A program made the position numbers and the translations under genes. From Vicugna vicugna (lineage: Eukaryota): a DNA stretch of 64,000 nt. Where the stretch lies: assembly GCA_013265495.1 (NCBI GenBank), contig MU058241.1, forward strand, positions 1,491,249-1,555,248, read 5' to 3'. This document shows, one piece after another, positions 23,921 through 37,894 of the stretch. Each line of letters starts with the position of its first letter. The first letter of the stretch is position 1. The notes under the pieces are model-generated. The model was not told where the DNA came from and made no database searches. It saw nothing but the letters and a program-made list of their open reading frames with translations.

Positions 23921-25284
23921 AAATTAATAGTTCTATAATCACAGTAAAACTTCTCTAAAATGCATTCAATTTAATCGTGTTATCCGACCCACCAACAGAG
24001 ACCATTCCTTCTGGAAAATATTCTGGATAATTTGCTATCACGCTGAAGTCTCGTGGGGGCAAAGAGGCCAGACTCTAGGCTATGAAAAAATAAATATGAA
24101 TGTAAATATATATACATGTATCTTCACAGACATACACATATACAAACATATTTATATTGTCCTATGATACTTATACAGTGTTTCATGTATTATATACAAT
24201 TACTTTATAATTAATTAAAATATGCATACTTTGTTTGACGAACACAAACTCCCTTTTCCAGATTATAGGCACCACCCCATTCTCCTATCCAGAACAATAT
24301 TCCCAGCACCTCCTTGGCCTAGGGCCTCGAGGGTACAGAAAGGTGACAGGAGCACGTTCCTTTTCACCCCTTGTCCACATGGACCTCACCTTACACCTCT
24401 CAGTAAATCCCATTCCCCTGAGCCACTGGATAGAGAAATTTAACCGCTTTCCAAAGATGCAAGTCAAAAGATGATGGGTTTTCTGAAAATGCTGTGCTTA
24501 TATTCAATACAGCTTCCCCTTTTCCTATTCAGTGCGAAATCAGTAATTAGCAAATTCCAGGGCTGTGTGTGGCGAGGCCAGATAACACACCTCAGGAATT
24601 GCAGACAAAGGAGCCTGAAATCCTGAGACTTGGTTAAGCTCTCTACCTGTCGAGGGCAAGGACTGTTCTGACTTTGAAAAGCCCCGTCAGCTTGTCCCCT
24701 CTGAGTTAGGGGGTGGGGGGTGATGAAAGGGTGAGTGTACCCTGCTCACAGGTGGAAATAAGGAACCAAAGCAACGTGAACGCTGGAGTGTTGTGTGACC
24801 GCCAAGGGGTCAGGAAAGCTACCACTTTCTTTGTGGGATCCCTTGGAAGAGAAGCATATTTACATTCTGAGTAGGGAGGAATCCAGATCCAAGGCAATGG
24901 GGGCTGCGAGCAACTGAGGGCCTTCTGAAACACTGCCTTGCTCCTCAGTGGAAATCAGAGCACAGAGGTTGAGCTTTTAGGTACTTGCTCGTCTTCAGCT
25001 GTATTTCGCCTGGAAATGGGTTCATTTCTTTGTCAACGGGAAACGTAAAGAAGAAATTGGCAATGAAAGAAGAAATGTTTTTCGACCTAAATTGAAGAAA
25101 AAATCATATTTATGTATTTTAAAAATATTTTATAAATAAAAATAAATAAAATCTGTTGCCCCCAAATTATACTTTCATATATTAAAAAAAATTCTGCAAA
25201 TATATATGTAAATATAATCCATGTTGGTCAAGATGAAATTAAAACGTGATGCAAAAGACAAAGTGTCACTCGTGTATCTTGAAG

Positions 25285-25745
25285 ATCCACCCTCCCGTGC
25301 ATGGCGTTGGAGGCCTTTGATAATACAGCCCCAACTTACACTTCCAGCCCCACCTACCACTTCTGCCTATTCCTGTTCAACCACGCGGGCCCCACAAAAC
25401 TTCTGGCAGGTAGCTGAAATCTGCAGTGCACCTTTATAACTTTGTGATTGGCTTTCTCTACTCTCTTTGAATAGAATACTCTTATCAATCTCCACTGTCC
25501 GATAAAACCCATTTGAGCCACAATTCACTCCCTCAATATAATCAGAAATCATCACATTGCTGTCTGTTAAAGCACAGTGTCCACCCGGACAAAGTAGCCA
25601 CCATGATGTTGCCTGTCACTGCACACGTCTGTCCTCCACTAAGTATTGTGACCCTCAGAGGGTACAGAAGCATTTTTATGCTCCCAAGTCGGAGCACAGT
25701 ATGCAGAACACAGTAGGTGCTCAATTAACACACATGGATGAAGAG
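25285..25745 (+). mobile_element. L2 3' fragment
   Basis: Ends 'agcacagtatgcagaacacagtaggtgctcaattaacacacatggatgaa', the L2 terminus pattern. Confidence 0.65.
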
Positions 25746-26972
25746 AGCTGGGAGGGACAGGATGGAGATGGCAAAGAGAAAGGAGATACAAGCATATTCT
25801 TTTACGAAAACCCATGTGATATTTCTGTAACTACGTTTACTTTATCTGCACACATCCTGCCAGATAAGAAGTTACTCCCTCTGGGTCATTCAGACATTTT
25901 CTGAAGCTCTATAACTTTTCAGGTTTTTTCCCTTCTCTCCAGTTTATTCTTTTATTTGTCCATATTGGATTTAATCCAAACCTCAGCTGAATTCCCTTGG
26001 TCTCATGCTCCTAAGAGTCAGACTGAGATTCCACTCCAGCAGCAATGACCTAGGCTCTCCTGGTCTGCCTCCTGCACCTGAGTCACTCAGCCTGCTTTGC
26101 TAGGGGTCCCAGGAGATCACCAGTCGGGAAAAGTGACGGAAGCACACTGCAGCCAGCACAGTGCTGCAGTCCGCCCTATCTCTGCCAGACGCGGAAGTGG
26201 CACTTCTCGTGCCCGACTCGCCCTGATGCCTCCAACTGACTGCCAGGAACCACCGGAGGCGTCCAGACCACACCTGAAACCTCCCTCGTGCAGGGGACTG
26301 CAGTCCAAGGAGCTGGAAGGTGGGTGGGAGAAGGGACCTGCTATCTTGGAGTGAAGTATGGTCACGGGATCCCGACACTGCCTTGTTTGTTCCCAAATGC
26401 ATTTCCTGTTTTGGTGAAGTGCTCCTTTCACATTTCACAGTCACTGACCACGAGGAGAAACACGCAAGAAACCTGAACATCCCTTTATGGAACCTTCACA
26501 ACCCTTACGATCTTCCCTTGGAGCACATATCACCCAGATACCGTCTCCTTTTAAGTCTGACGCTCCTGTCTGGATACGAATCACAGAACAGTGGCTTCTG
26601 TCCTACCATCAGCGTTAATGGGGTGAGTGCTTTTTCCAGGCACCTTCTCTGCTGAGGGCAGGGGGGTTAGCCCGAAGCCTTCCTGGTTGGCCAGATAGCC
26701 CCAGAAACGCCTGCCTCCAGGCAGTGATCAGATGTCACTTCACAGAGGTATCGTCAATGCTCATGCACACCTGCGTCACCACATCACAGACTCATCACAC
26801 AGACAGCGGCACGCCTGAACCTCCAGGACTCTGAGCCCCACCCCGTCGGCTCATTTCCTCAGGGAGCACTGCTTAGAGCCTTAGACGGCACTAACACGCC
26901 TCAAGGCCACGTCACAGACTTGACTTAAACGAGACAAAGCTACGGCTTCTTCAAACCCCTCCCTTCCCAGTC

Positions 26973-27215
26973 CAGGCTTTCCCAGCCTTGGCACTTTCCA
27001 GCCGCTCGCACTCTGGGGCTGGATAATTCTTTGGTGTGGGGTGGGGGGGTGTCCTGGGCACTCTGGGCAATACCTCTGCCCTTGACCCACCAGGTGACAG
27101 TACCACCACCTCCCTCCAATGGTAACAACCAAAAATGAGTTCATCACCCCTTGCCAAACAGCGTCCCCAGAAAAGCCATGCAGTAACACCTCTTCTCAAC
27201 ATTCAGAGAACCACC
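26973..27215 (+). mobile_element. MER20 hAT-Charlie DNA transposon
   Basis: 'tttcccagccttggcact...tggggctggataattctttggtgtgggg...gtcctgggcactct...acaaccaaaaatg...gagaaccac'. Confidence 0.75.
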
Positions 27216-27674
27216 ATCTGGCAAAGGGTCTGGGGCATGAAAATCAGTCAGATCGCCTGCAAGTTCCAATGCACTTAGCCGTCGGCCAGAGGACACAATC
27301 TCACAGAGCTAGCCTCGAACAGAAGAAAATGAGGTAACAGCTATTCCAGGAAATCATCCTATTCATGTTATTTTAAGTACATGAGGCCAGCACCTGACCT
27401 AATTCAGGCACTTGTGAAAACAGAGCCCATCATCAAATGTGTATTAAAAAAAACCTTCAATTATTTACTTATGAATATGGATGGTCACCTACGAGACACA
27501 TTTGTAATGGAGATTACCACCCTAAAATGACTTCAGTTACTCTGTGACCTATTATGTGGCAGCATATTTATCTGGAAATATATTTTTTCTTACAATATAT
27601 AGCGCCCCAACAGCACACTGCTGTGCTCTTGTGTTGGCGACGTATTATTTGTATACACTGCTTTTTCCTTTTTC

Positions 27675-27802
27675 TTTTTTTTTGCAAGAGGGATGTAGTT
27701 ATATTTATTTATTTAGTTTTTCGATGGAGGACCTGGGGATTGACCCCAGGACCTTGTGCACGCGAAGCATGCGCTTTTATTGCCTGAGCTGTACGCTCCC
27801 CC
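27675..27802 (-). mobile_element. tRNA-Ala-derived camelid SINE
   Basis: Reverse head 'ctggggattgaccccaggaccttgtgcacgcgaagcatgcgc...gagctgtacgctccccc'. Confidence 0.87.
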
Positions 27803-27991
27803 TTATCTGTATGCGCTTCCTGAAGTTTCCCATGCACTTAGAACTTGGTAAGTTTTACAGGTGAAATATTGAAAAGACCATGAGCTTTAAAGCTAGTTTT
27901 GTATCCAAACCACACTCCTTCCCTCACAAACAGAGCTGTGCTGGAAACCTTATGCGAGCCTTCTGAAGTAAGAGCACTTAACCCAGGAAAC

Positions 27992-28775
27992 TATTGGAAT
28001 ATTCTGCTCACCAATTCTAAGCCGTGTGGGGGTTTCTCCAAGCTACCAAGCAATTCTCAGACCCCCAGCTGGGTGTCCTACAATTCAGCTGAGTTCTGAT
28101 ACTATCCACGGGAGATACGGTCGGATAGGAGGTTCAGGGCTCAATTCTGCTACACTGTCCCACACCCTACCCACTCAAAACTTCAGAGGACAAACTGCAA
28201 GTCCAGGGTGTCACCTGTGGTTCCGACAAACTGGCTACAGACCAGAGGTTCCAACAATCCCCTCCCCTGGGTTTGATTAATTGGCCAGAGCAGCCCACAG
28301 AAGTCAGAGGAACATTTACTTACGAGATCACAGGCTCATGGTGAAAGGAGATTATCTCGGAAACCAGCAAATGGAAGGGACGCAGAGGGCCCGGACCTTC
28401 CAGGCTCTCTCCAGGTCGCCATTCTCCCCAGTTCGCCACGTGTTCACCAACCCGGAAATTCTCCAAACCCCCTCCTTTCCGGTTTTTTACGGAGGATTCA
28501 TTATATAGGCCTGACTGACGAAATCACTGGCCACTAATTCAGCCTCCAGCCCCTCTCCCCTCCCACAGGTCCAGGGGTGGGACTGAAAGTTCCCTCTATT
28601 ATTATTATTATTCAGGGTTGGCTACCAGCCCCCATCCCTAGGTGCATTTCCAAAGTCACATCATTTACATGAAAACACCTTGATTGCTCTCATCACTTAG
28701 GAAATTCCAAAAGTTTCCGGAGCTCAGTCACAGCAAAGACCAGAAATATATTTCTCACTGCAAATCACAGTATCA
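27992..28775 (-). mobile_element. MER21-family solo LTR
   Basis: 'cagctgggtgtcctacaattcagctgagttctgatacta...gggtttgattaattggccagagcagcccacagaa...cacttaggaaattccaaaagttt...atatatttctcactgcaaatcacagtatca'. Confidence 0.82.
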
Positions 28776-28795
28776 AAACTTGCTTGTGGGCTGGC

Positions 28796-28945
28796 GGGGA
28801 GGAAAGGTATAGTTCAGTGGTAGACTGCATGCCTAGCACTCAAGAGGTCCTGGGTTCAATCCCCAGTACCTCCATTAAAAAATAAATGAACCAAATTACT
28901 CACCCCCCAAAAAAACTTAAAAAAATAAATTAAGTTAAAAAAAGA
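28796..28945 (+). mobile_element. tRNA-Ala-derived camelid SINE
   Basis: tRNA head plus tail; degenerate TSD tgcttgtggg/tgcttgcggg. Confidence 0.88.
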
Positions 28946-29096
28946 ATGCTTGCGGGATGATATGTAACTTTTTCTTAACACTGAAGATGCTCATTAAACG
29001 TCGGTTTCTGTCCAAAACCCAACCCCAGCACCTACTGATTGGGGAAAATGAATTGTCTGACATTTCCGTGAGTTTGTAGGTTTTAAAAATATATAG

Positions 29097-29560
29097 TATT
29101 ATGCCATTTGCAGCAACACGGCTGGACCAAAAGACTGTCATATTAAGTGACGTAAGTCAGACAAAGACAAATACCATATATGATATCACTTAGAAGTGGA
29201 ATCTCAAAAAAAAAAAAAAAAGGCACAAATGAATTTATCTACCAAACAGAAACAGACTCACAGACATAGCAAACAAATTTAGGGCTACCAACGGGGAAAG
29301 CGGTGTGGGGGAGGGACAAATTAGGAGTGTGGGATTGGCTGATACAAACTACTTTATACAAAATACATAAACAACAAGGTCCTACTGTACAGCACCGGGA
29401 ACTACATTCAATATCTAGTAATAATCTATAATGAAGAAGAATATGAAAAGAAATATATATATATATATATCAGAATTACTATGCTGCACACCAGAAGTTA
29501 ACACAACATTGTAAACCAACTACACTTCAATAAAAAAATAGATAAAATAAAAATAAAAAA
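29097..29560 (+). mobile_element. L1 3' end
   Basis: 'atgccatttgcagcaacacggctggacc...aaacagaaacagactcacagacatag...cttcaataaaaaaa'. Confidence 0.92.
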
Positions 29561-29877
29561 CTTTTTTATTACAGATGGTATTCTCCCAAGTTTATTGCTA
29601 AAATGCTTGGAAACTGTATACATGTAGCAAGAATAAAATAAAATTCATCTATCACTTTATCACCCAGAGATAAATCACTATTTAGAGTTGCATGTGGTTT
29701 TTATTCTTTCTTTTTTCACTACGCAGTTTGGAGACTTTTAAAGAAAAGATTAGACAATAGAACATGCTGTCTTTCTTGAAATCAATTCTGACCTTTTATA
29801 CTTTCGCAGAAGTCTGGAAAGAGCAGTTGAGGAAGGAAGGGGTGCTGAAGATCGTGGAACTCCCCTACACCCTAATA

Positions 29878-30102
29878 TAGGGGTTAGCAAACTTTCTCTA
29901 CAAAAGGCCAGATAGTAAATAATTTATTCTTAGTGGTTGGTAAGGTCTCTGTGGCAAGTACATGTCTCTGCTCTGGTGCACAAAAGTACACACACGGACA
30001 ATACATAAAGGAAACGGGCACCCTCGTGTTCAATAAAACTTTATTTACAGAAGCAGGTGGTGGACAGGATTTGGCCCACGAGCTGTAATTTTCCACTTCC
30101 TG
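29878..30102 (+). mobile_element. MER58A hAT-Charlie DNA transposon
   Basis: 'aggggttagcaaactttctctacaaaaggccagatagtaaata...caataaaactttatttacagaagcagg...ggatttggcccacgagctgtaattttccacttcctg'. Confidence 0.85.
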
Positions 30103-30687
30103 CCCTGCCATGCCAAACGCTGACAAGGACTGACTAGTTAAGAACACTGCAGAAATGAAACAGCCCTTGTACCTAATTGCTAGAACAGTGTCTATTCTGT
30201 AATAATGATAATATTAAAGGTCATCAAGGTAAAAATCCATCCAAGTACGTGATTGAACAATCAATTGTGAAAACTCTTTATTGGGGAAAAATACTGAGCT
30301 TCTGAATTCTTCTCCAACTGAAACGCTGTCACTGCTTTTGCACCACGCTTCACAAAATGTAGTTTTCTTCTGGGGCAACCTGTTCTCTGGAGTATTGATT
30401 ATATTATAATCTCTCCGATTCAGCGTTTTCTGGCTGCTTCCCAAGTTATAACCATTTCTGCCACCACATAAATCTCTTCAATAACTTCCCCCAAATCAAG
30501 CCCCCTCTGTCTTTTCTGATCAGCCTCCTTCCTTCCTACAAACGCCAGCTTTGATCAGCCACACATGGCTGATGGAATCTGCTTTTAAAAGGACCTTCTG
30601 TGATTAGGCAATTTTCTTCAAGGATGATTGCTGAGCAATTACTTTCTTTGCAAGGTATAGTTGGGATGGAGATGGATTTCTGGTCTG

Positions 30688-30748
30688 CCTTCCTGCCTGC
30701 CTTCCTTCCTTCCTTCCTTCCTCTCTTCCTCCCCTCCTCCCTTCCTTC
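30688..30748. repeat. (CCTT)n-type pyrimidine repeat
   Basis: Seen directly. Confidence 0.85.
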
Positions 30749-31292
30749 TGTTTGAAGTCTTTGATTTGCCACAGATCACATCATTGAAAGGTCCCTACAC
30801 AAATGCATCTTCAGTCCAAGGAACACTGAGTGACCATTCCAGACAATGCTATCGCTGCTTACGTGTTCCCAGCAGACCCCTCTGGCCCGTTCTGCGTGCC
30901 CACCTCTCGATACTTCCATCTGGTTCTGATCAGTGGCCGAGGTGGCAAGAAAGGGTAGCATCTCCATTGGTTAATACAGTCACCTCTGCTCTTGGGTCAG
31001 TACAGTGTGGACAGGCTCAAAAATACAATTTGTATCTATTCACCAGCATTGATCAGACCCTGGTAAACTGATTCAGAGCAATGACACAGAATAATCTGTG
31101 AAACAAAATGTCGGTGTACGTAACATCGAAGAGAAAGAAACCAAGCTTAGTTACCGTGGCGTGTGTTCAGATCAGCCCCCCTCCGCCGGTTATGATGGGC
31201 TGGGGAAGGGAGATGCATTATCTTGGTATTAGGATATACCGAGGCATCATTGGTCCCTTCTGTTGGCTTGAGAGGCTTAAGAAAGGCCCTAG

Positions 31293-31633
31293 GAGCACTG
31301 ATGAACTCATCTACAAAACATTAACACACTCACAGACATGCTCAACAATCTCATGGTTACTGGGGAAAAAGAGGGTAGGAAGGGATAAATCGGGGAGTTT
31401 GAGATTTGCAAATGTTAGCCACTATATACAAAAACAGATTAAAAAACAAATTTCTTCTGTATGGCACAGGGAACTATATTCAATATCTTGCAATAACCTT
31501 TAATGAAAAAGAATATGAAAATGAGTATTTGCACGTATGTGCATGACTGCGACATTGTGCTGTACACCAGAAATCAACACATTGTAAACTGACTACTTCA
31601 ATTTAAAAAAATAATAATAACATTAAAAAAAAA
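31293..31633 (+). mobile_element. L1 3' end
   Basis: 'gcactgatgaactcatctacaaaaca...gggataaatcggggagtttgagatttgc...tacttcaatttaaaaaa'. Confidence 0.9.
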
Positions 31634-31999
31634 ATGGACAGTTCCTAGGAGGCTTCAGCATAAACGTCCGAGACGCTTCAACAGGAGGGATTTGCACGTG
31701 GAATTAGCAGGAAATGTGCCGCCTCCAAGCTCACTGCTTTGGAGTGCTGACTGCTCGCACACGGCAGGTAACTCATATCAAAATGCTTTCCTTGTCCTCA
31801 ACTTAGTCTCACGGCTCTGCCTGCTTCTTTTCAGGTTGTTAAGGACACTTCAGAGTTAACAGTGACTGTCTTTCCTTGTATTAGCAATGAAGCCTGAGGC
31901 TGCTATCTACATTTTATTTTCTGCTCTCCAACTCTGATAAGGCTTCTTGCATACTCATTATCTGACTGGAGGACAATTAAAGAGTTCAGAAGCCAGATG

Positions 32000-33030
32000 G
32001 TTCTGAAGGAAAATAAAACCCATTGTACCCATATGTGAAAAACAACACTTTAAAACGTCTAGAAGAAAATATGTTAAAATGCTGTCGTGGCGTTGAGTAG
32101 CAGAAGTTTTCCTTACCAGGACAAAGAACGCAAATCAAGAAGGAAATGACTGATACATTAATAACCTCAAACTTACAAAATAAATTCTTTGGTCATAACT
32201 TGAACAACCAATAAGAAACAAAACATGTAAATATAAAGCATGCTTGATTCTAAATTTCTGTCTATAAAACTGATGAAAGTTTTGTAGCAGTAATATATAA
32301 TTAAGGCACATAGAAAGATACATTATAGGACACCTATTGTATAAATATATAGTATATAAAATATTTTGTATCAATAATACGTATCTGTGTTCCAAATAAA
32401 GCACTCATATCTGTGTTCAAAATGACATGCACCAGAAAAGCCCCTGTAATGGAAGGGAACGTGAAAAGAATATTATATATATATATACACATAGATATAT
32501 ATGTAACTGAATCACTTTGCCGTACATCTGAAACTAGCACAACATTATAAATCAACTATACTTTAATAAAAAAAAGAAAAGAAAAGAAAGAAAAAAATGA
32601 CCTGTACAGGAAGGCTCCCTGAAGCATCTCCTATAACAGCAGAAAACTGAAGCCAACTTAATTTTCCATCAGTAGAAAAATACAACCATGTATTGGACAT
32701 TCAAAGACTTGGGTAGCAGGTCAAAGGAAATCAACTAAACATACATTAACATACAAAAATCTGGAACAAAACTGGAGGAAGGGAGGCAGGGAATGGTAAG
32801 TACCAGAGGATGTGCAGAATACAGTACCATTTATGTAAAGTTTTACATCATGCAAAACAAGTCTGCGTATTGTTTGTGGATGCTTGACCCATAGCGACAT
32901 TTTAAAGACAAACAGGTGACAAATAAACACCAAACGTGGGATTCAGATTTTTCTAGGGGGGGAAGGCAAGATGGGAATGAGTGGAGAAAAGATAGAAAAA
33001 AACACGGCAGTTGTGTCTGGAACTTTCTGC
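32000..33030 (+). mobile_element. Degraded old L1 (L1M) fragments with a younger L1 3' end at about 32445-32595
   Basis: 'aaacgtctagaagaaaata'; 'gtaactgaatcactttgccgtacatctgaaactagcacaacattataaatcaactatac'; 'cagaatacagtaccatttatgtaaag'. Confidence 0.65.
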
Positions 33031-33053
33031 TGTCAAAGATGACAGATACTCAG

Positions 33054-33108
33054 AGATGGATGGATGGATGATGGATGGATAGATGGACAGATGGATAGGT
33101 TGATAGAT
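33054..33108. repeat. (GGAT)n/(AGAT)n microsatellite
   Basis: Seen directly. Confidence 0.9.
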
Positions 33109-36100
33109 AAAGAATTGATACTAGTTCACTTCTAATTTTCTGAGAAGAGCTAGTCAGTATGGATTGGACAGTCACAATGAATAACTGTATGCCAGAAAAA
33201 CACTTATCTAGCAAAAATAATTAAGCCACTTCATTTTCTCAAAAGCAAACGACACGTACAGAAGATGACCCTGGATTTGCTCCAATGCAATGTCCACTAA
33301 CTCCTGGATTTCGCTCCACTTCTGCCCAATTAAATATGTTCTTGGTGGTGAAAAATTCATTTCATGTCACTTGAAGCTGAACATCACTGGGAAGTTGGTT
33401 GTAAAACCCAAGTTAAACGTAAAATCCCCATGAAACCAAGGCCACCATTTCCCTCTGAATCCTCATTAGCATTTCCCCTCTTCATTAGCATAGATTTAAG
33501 AGAGTTGAGGGATTCACTTAGAATTCAGCTTCCAGGAATTGATTTTCAGACATGTGATCTGGGATGTGAAGGCAAGCACTGCAAGCTAGGTCACTATTTG
33601 GTTTTCTCTTTTGTTTCACAAGGTCATTTCAAACAACTGAAGTCCTACAGCATTGCCATTAAAGGAGGTACAAACTTGAAGGATATTTGTAGTGGACAAA
33701 ATGTACTGAGCGATTTTCAAAAGACAGGAAGCAATTAACTTTCTGCTCTGTAAGAAAGTGTTTGCAAATTATTTTCAGGGATCTTAATGAGAAGGTCAGT
33801 TAACTTTCAGGTTTTAAGAGAAATCAGATCCTACCCATCTCATCAACAGTCATGGAGTTATTAATCTGGTAGCAAATATTCCAGAGTTACAACATTTCGG
33901 TATTTTTGAAGCCATACTTGCCTGATTTTCAACGTTTCCAAAAAGTTACTTCAAACAAAACAGCAAGGAGCTGCAGATTATAAAGTTTATTCATATCACA
34001 GTTGATTCTATTAAACCAATTGCGTTTCCACCCTCACCTACTGGCCCACGGCCCTCTGCGTAAACATAATTTGAGCGTCATGTTTTATTTAGATAACTGA
34101 CATTTTGACCAAGATACACAATGCTTTTTGTCACTGATGAAACTGTATATAATTTACTCTAAGGCTTACTGAATCTTAAAGATGTGACTTATACATAATA
34201 AATGAAAGAAAATGAAAAGAAAGCAAGCCACTGCCAGGTTATGGCTTAGCTGACTATATTCCATGGAAGGAAGAAGAATCAGAGATCTGCCACTCTACAT
34301 AAGGCACAAGTGAGCGTTTCCTGTCTCGGCAGCAGTATCAATGCATCGTTTTGTTGGATACGCTTTATAACGTGAGCATCTGAATCGTAGCAATGAAATA
34401 CACAGATACCCAGTCTTCCGTGTGCTCACACACATACTAACACATAACTTCATAGTGTGATACATTTGTGGATGAAAATTACACTTTGTTATGCTTATTG
34501 GGCACCTACCAGAAGATTCTCAAGAAAAAAATCACATGAAACCAGGCTCCCTCTTTGGGTGTCAAAGGGGACCAGTTAACAGCTCCCCACTTTTCCACCC
34601 ACATACTGAAGCAATTAAGAAAAAAATGAGGTATATGGAGACCCAAAATGTCACCTTTATTAACATGGATATGACAGACCATGCGGGTCTTGTCAGGGTT
34701 GGGGGCAGTTTAGGACTGACCCCTCCGTACCCACCCACCCATTCAGCTCCAGGCAACACTGGTCTGAGCTAGGTTTCCCTTCCACGACCCACAACATGTA
34801 AGAACAGAGAAGCATGACTGCTTCCTCTTGGCTGCTGGCTCCCAGGAGAAAGAAGAAAAGGCGATGCTGGCCCTGAGGACTCAGGCAAGTCACTCCACTT
34901 GTCACGGGCGTGGGAGGGAGGCCAGCAGTAGGTGAGAGGCAAGAGAAGTTGTCAGTGCTACGTCAGCCATTGGCAGGACACAGCAGGCACGGAGAAGTGC
35001 CCCCTCTTTTCCCCAGTTAGGAAGAAAAGAAAAGTTTATGTGAGGACCGGAAACCCTTGGCTAGTCAACGTCACATGTACCCACGACACAGATGTCTGAG
35101 CACCTAGCAGGTGCCATGTGCGTAACTGCAGACAGTGTGCACTCCTGTGTGCTTACCCATTGGAGGAGGTGCGTCACCTTGGCACGTGATGGAGAAAAGA
35201 GTGATTTGTGCCCGTGGTGTACTGGTACAACAAAAGCACTTTATAGCCAATGAAACAGAGACCACGGTCACTAACCACGATGTAGATGGAGGCTTTAGCC
35301 ACGCGACAGAGCAGAATGAGCTGGCTGCGAGGCTCAGCCTCCTGAATATGGCACCCAGACCACAATGGACCTAGAGCTACTCAGTGAACGCCCCTCTTGT
35401 TCTGATGATGGAAAAGGGAGAGAGGCTGGAAGGAGGAAGGGAAGGAGGGGAGGAAACAGAATAATATAAATGCTAGTATGCACACATTGCCCCTCACGAC
35501 ACCAGAGGCAAAGCCAACTTCTCCACCATTTGTCAGGCTTTACAAGCCGTGGCGAACATTTCACAGAGACGCTGAAAGAAATACAGGCAAAGAACGTATT
35601 CCAGGCCAGAAATATTTGAAAAGCCAGTGAACGGAAAATAAAAATATGAAAATATGATTTATAACACTGGTAGTATTCATTGAAGAGGTAATGTTCTGAG
35701 CTGTCGGATTAATCACCACTGTTATTGGAACCCAGAGAGAGAAAACTCAGTGGGCTATACAGATATCTTTGTCTATAAAGAAGAATGCTGCTAAATTTTT
35801 ATAAAACATCAAATAAACAACATGTGTCTACCTCTCCATATTTCCAATGTAATTTTAAAGTCCCAAAGAACTCTACACATTTTAATTTGTTACAGGTGTG
35901 TAGCTCTTTCTACAAAAATAATTTTGTGAAAACTTTTTCTAATTACTTTTACTCACATAGGTAGGAAAAATATACATATATATATATTTTTTTGGTAATA
36001 TACACTACTAAATGTAAATCCAAGCAAACTTCTTTATAGAAGAAAATTCTGGCAGTAATTTTTCTTCAGTTTTATAAATATCTTTTTTTAGTTCTGGGTA

Positions 36101-36879
36101 CAACCATTTCTTTTCACTTAGAGCCCCAGTATTAAAGAAAGAAGAAGAAATTGGAGGGGGGAAATCCAGTAATGACATGGTACAGGGTTACTTAATTGAC
36201 TGCAAAACTTAGCACCATTAATTAAAGAACATTTTTAACAGTCTAGAGCCTCCATTTCCAGCATTAGCTCCAACTGTCCGTTGCAACAACCTCTCCCAGT
36301 ATAGAAACTATAAAATGACAGATGAAATGTAAGCATCCTTTTTAAATTTTTTTTCCTTAAGGCAAATCTGAGCTGGTGACTAAGAATCAAATACTATGGA
36401 AGCCCACAAATGACTTCACTAACACGAGGAAGTCTGCTTGCCCCAAAGATGTCTTCCAGTCTCCAGCTGCCGCAAATCTGTCATGCCAGGGGGTCTCTGT
36501 GCTAAGGACAGAAGTCCAAGGATTCAGTGTGAAAAATGAAAGAGCCGTTTGAAATTCTTGCAAAAAGCCAACTCTCCCTAACCATCACAGCCTCCGCGGT
36601 AAGTTCGTCATCGGGAATTACACCACCCGTGTGGCCAAGTCACAATTTCTTTACAACGTCCACAAACTGTAGGTGTCAGGAGGTGCCTGGTGGACGCAAA
36701 CACAGACCATCACTGAAGAAATCATTTAAATATGCAGACTTTCTGCAAATCGTATTCCAGTTCCAATGCATATGAATTCTCTCTCATTCAACACACATAA
36801 TTATGAAATACACAAGAAATCTAGAGAATCAGAGAACTTTCTAAATTTTCAAGTGCACTTCATAAGAGCATCAAAAAAA

Positions 36880-37218
36880 ACCCATCAAATATCTTCGAAT
36901 AAATTTAAGAGAAGATATATAAAATTTCTACACCAAAACTTCCAAAGTACTGCTGAGAGAAATTTAAGAAGATACACACGGATGGAAATATATACCATTT
37001 TCATGGATTGGAAGACTCAGTATTACTAAGACTTCTGCTTTCTGCCCCCACCCCCCGCCCCAGTTGAATTGAATCCCAATCCAAAGAACAAGCAGAGTTT
37101 TCTGGAGACGGAGAAGCTGGTTTTAAAATGTATGTGGAAATTCAAAGGACCTCGCAGAACCAAGACATTCTTGAAGAATAAAGATGGGAGACTTACTATT
37201 CCATTTTGGGATTAAAAC
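36880..37218 (+). mobile_element. Old L1 ORF2 fragment
   Basis: 'aaatatataccattttcatggattggaagactcagtattactaaga...aaaatgtatgtggaaattcaaaggacctcgcagaaccaagacattcttgaag'. Confidence 0.75.
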
Positions 37219-37612
37219 TGTGGAAATAAACATTCTCTAATTCTAAATGAGAACGAGCAGAGGCTGTTTATTGACGGGTTGCTACGGCAAAAGGGAGTCA
37301 GCCACCAGTATCTGCATTTAGCTGAGGACCCCCACCCACCCACCCAAAGCAGGTAGGGAAGTGGGAAAGACTTCAGGTGAGCTCTGATTGGAGGCTGTTG
37401 TATGAGGAACTTGGAGACAGAGCCTGTTTGACTTTCTCCAGCTGGTTCTGAGTTGGAAGAAGGGAGACGTTAGGGAAACTGGCAGACACTGACCAGGTCC
37501 TGACCATTCTGGGTCAATTTCTGCAGAAACTCTGGCTTGGCTTCTGGGTTGGTCCAAGCTCTATTTTTGTATGTGAGCTGGGCATTGTCCATGTGATATT
37601 CAAACTCTCGGT
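37219..37612 (-). mobile_element. MER31-like solo LTR interrupting the old L1
   Basis: 'gggagtcagccacc...ggtgagctctgattggaggctgttg...ctgaccattctggg...gggttggtccaagctctatttttgtatgtgagctgggcattgtcc'. Confidence 0.6.
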
Positions 37613-37894
37613 GTAAAGCCTCAGGAATTAGGAGGGTGTGGTTGTGGGTCAAGAACAGACAGACACAAAAGACTGGGGAGTCCAGAAAGAGACCCCTGCT
37701 TGATCTAGGGCAAAGGTGTCACTGCTGTTTGGGGAGTGGGGAGAAGATGTTCTGTTTAATGCATGGAGCTGAACAGTTAAGAGAGTCCAATGTTAGGAAA
37801 GATTTTAATTCACAGTAGATTTTTACACCTAACATGTTGATTGAAAGATTAAAAACAGAGTGTGCAGCTACCAACTGTGTACAGAGGGAAAAAC

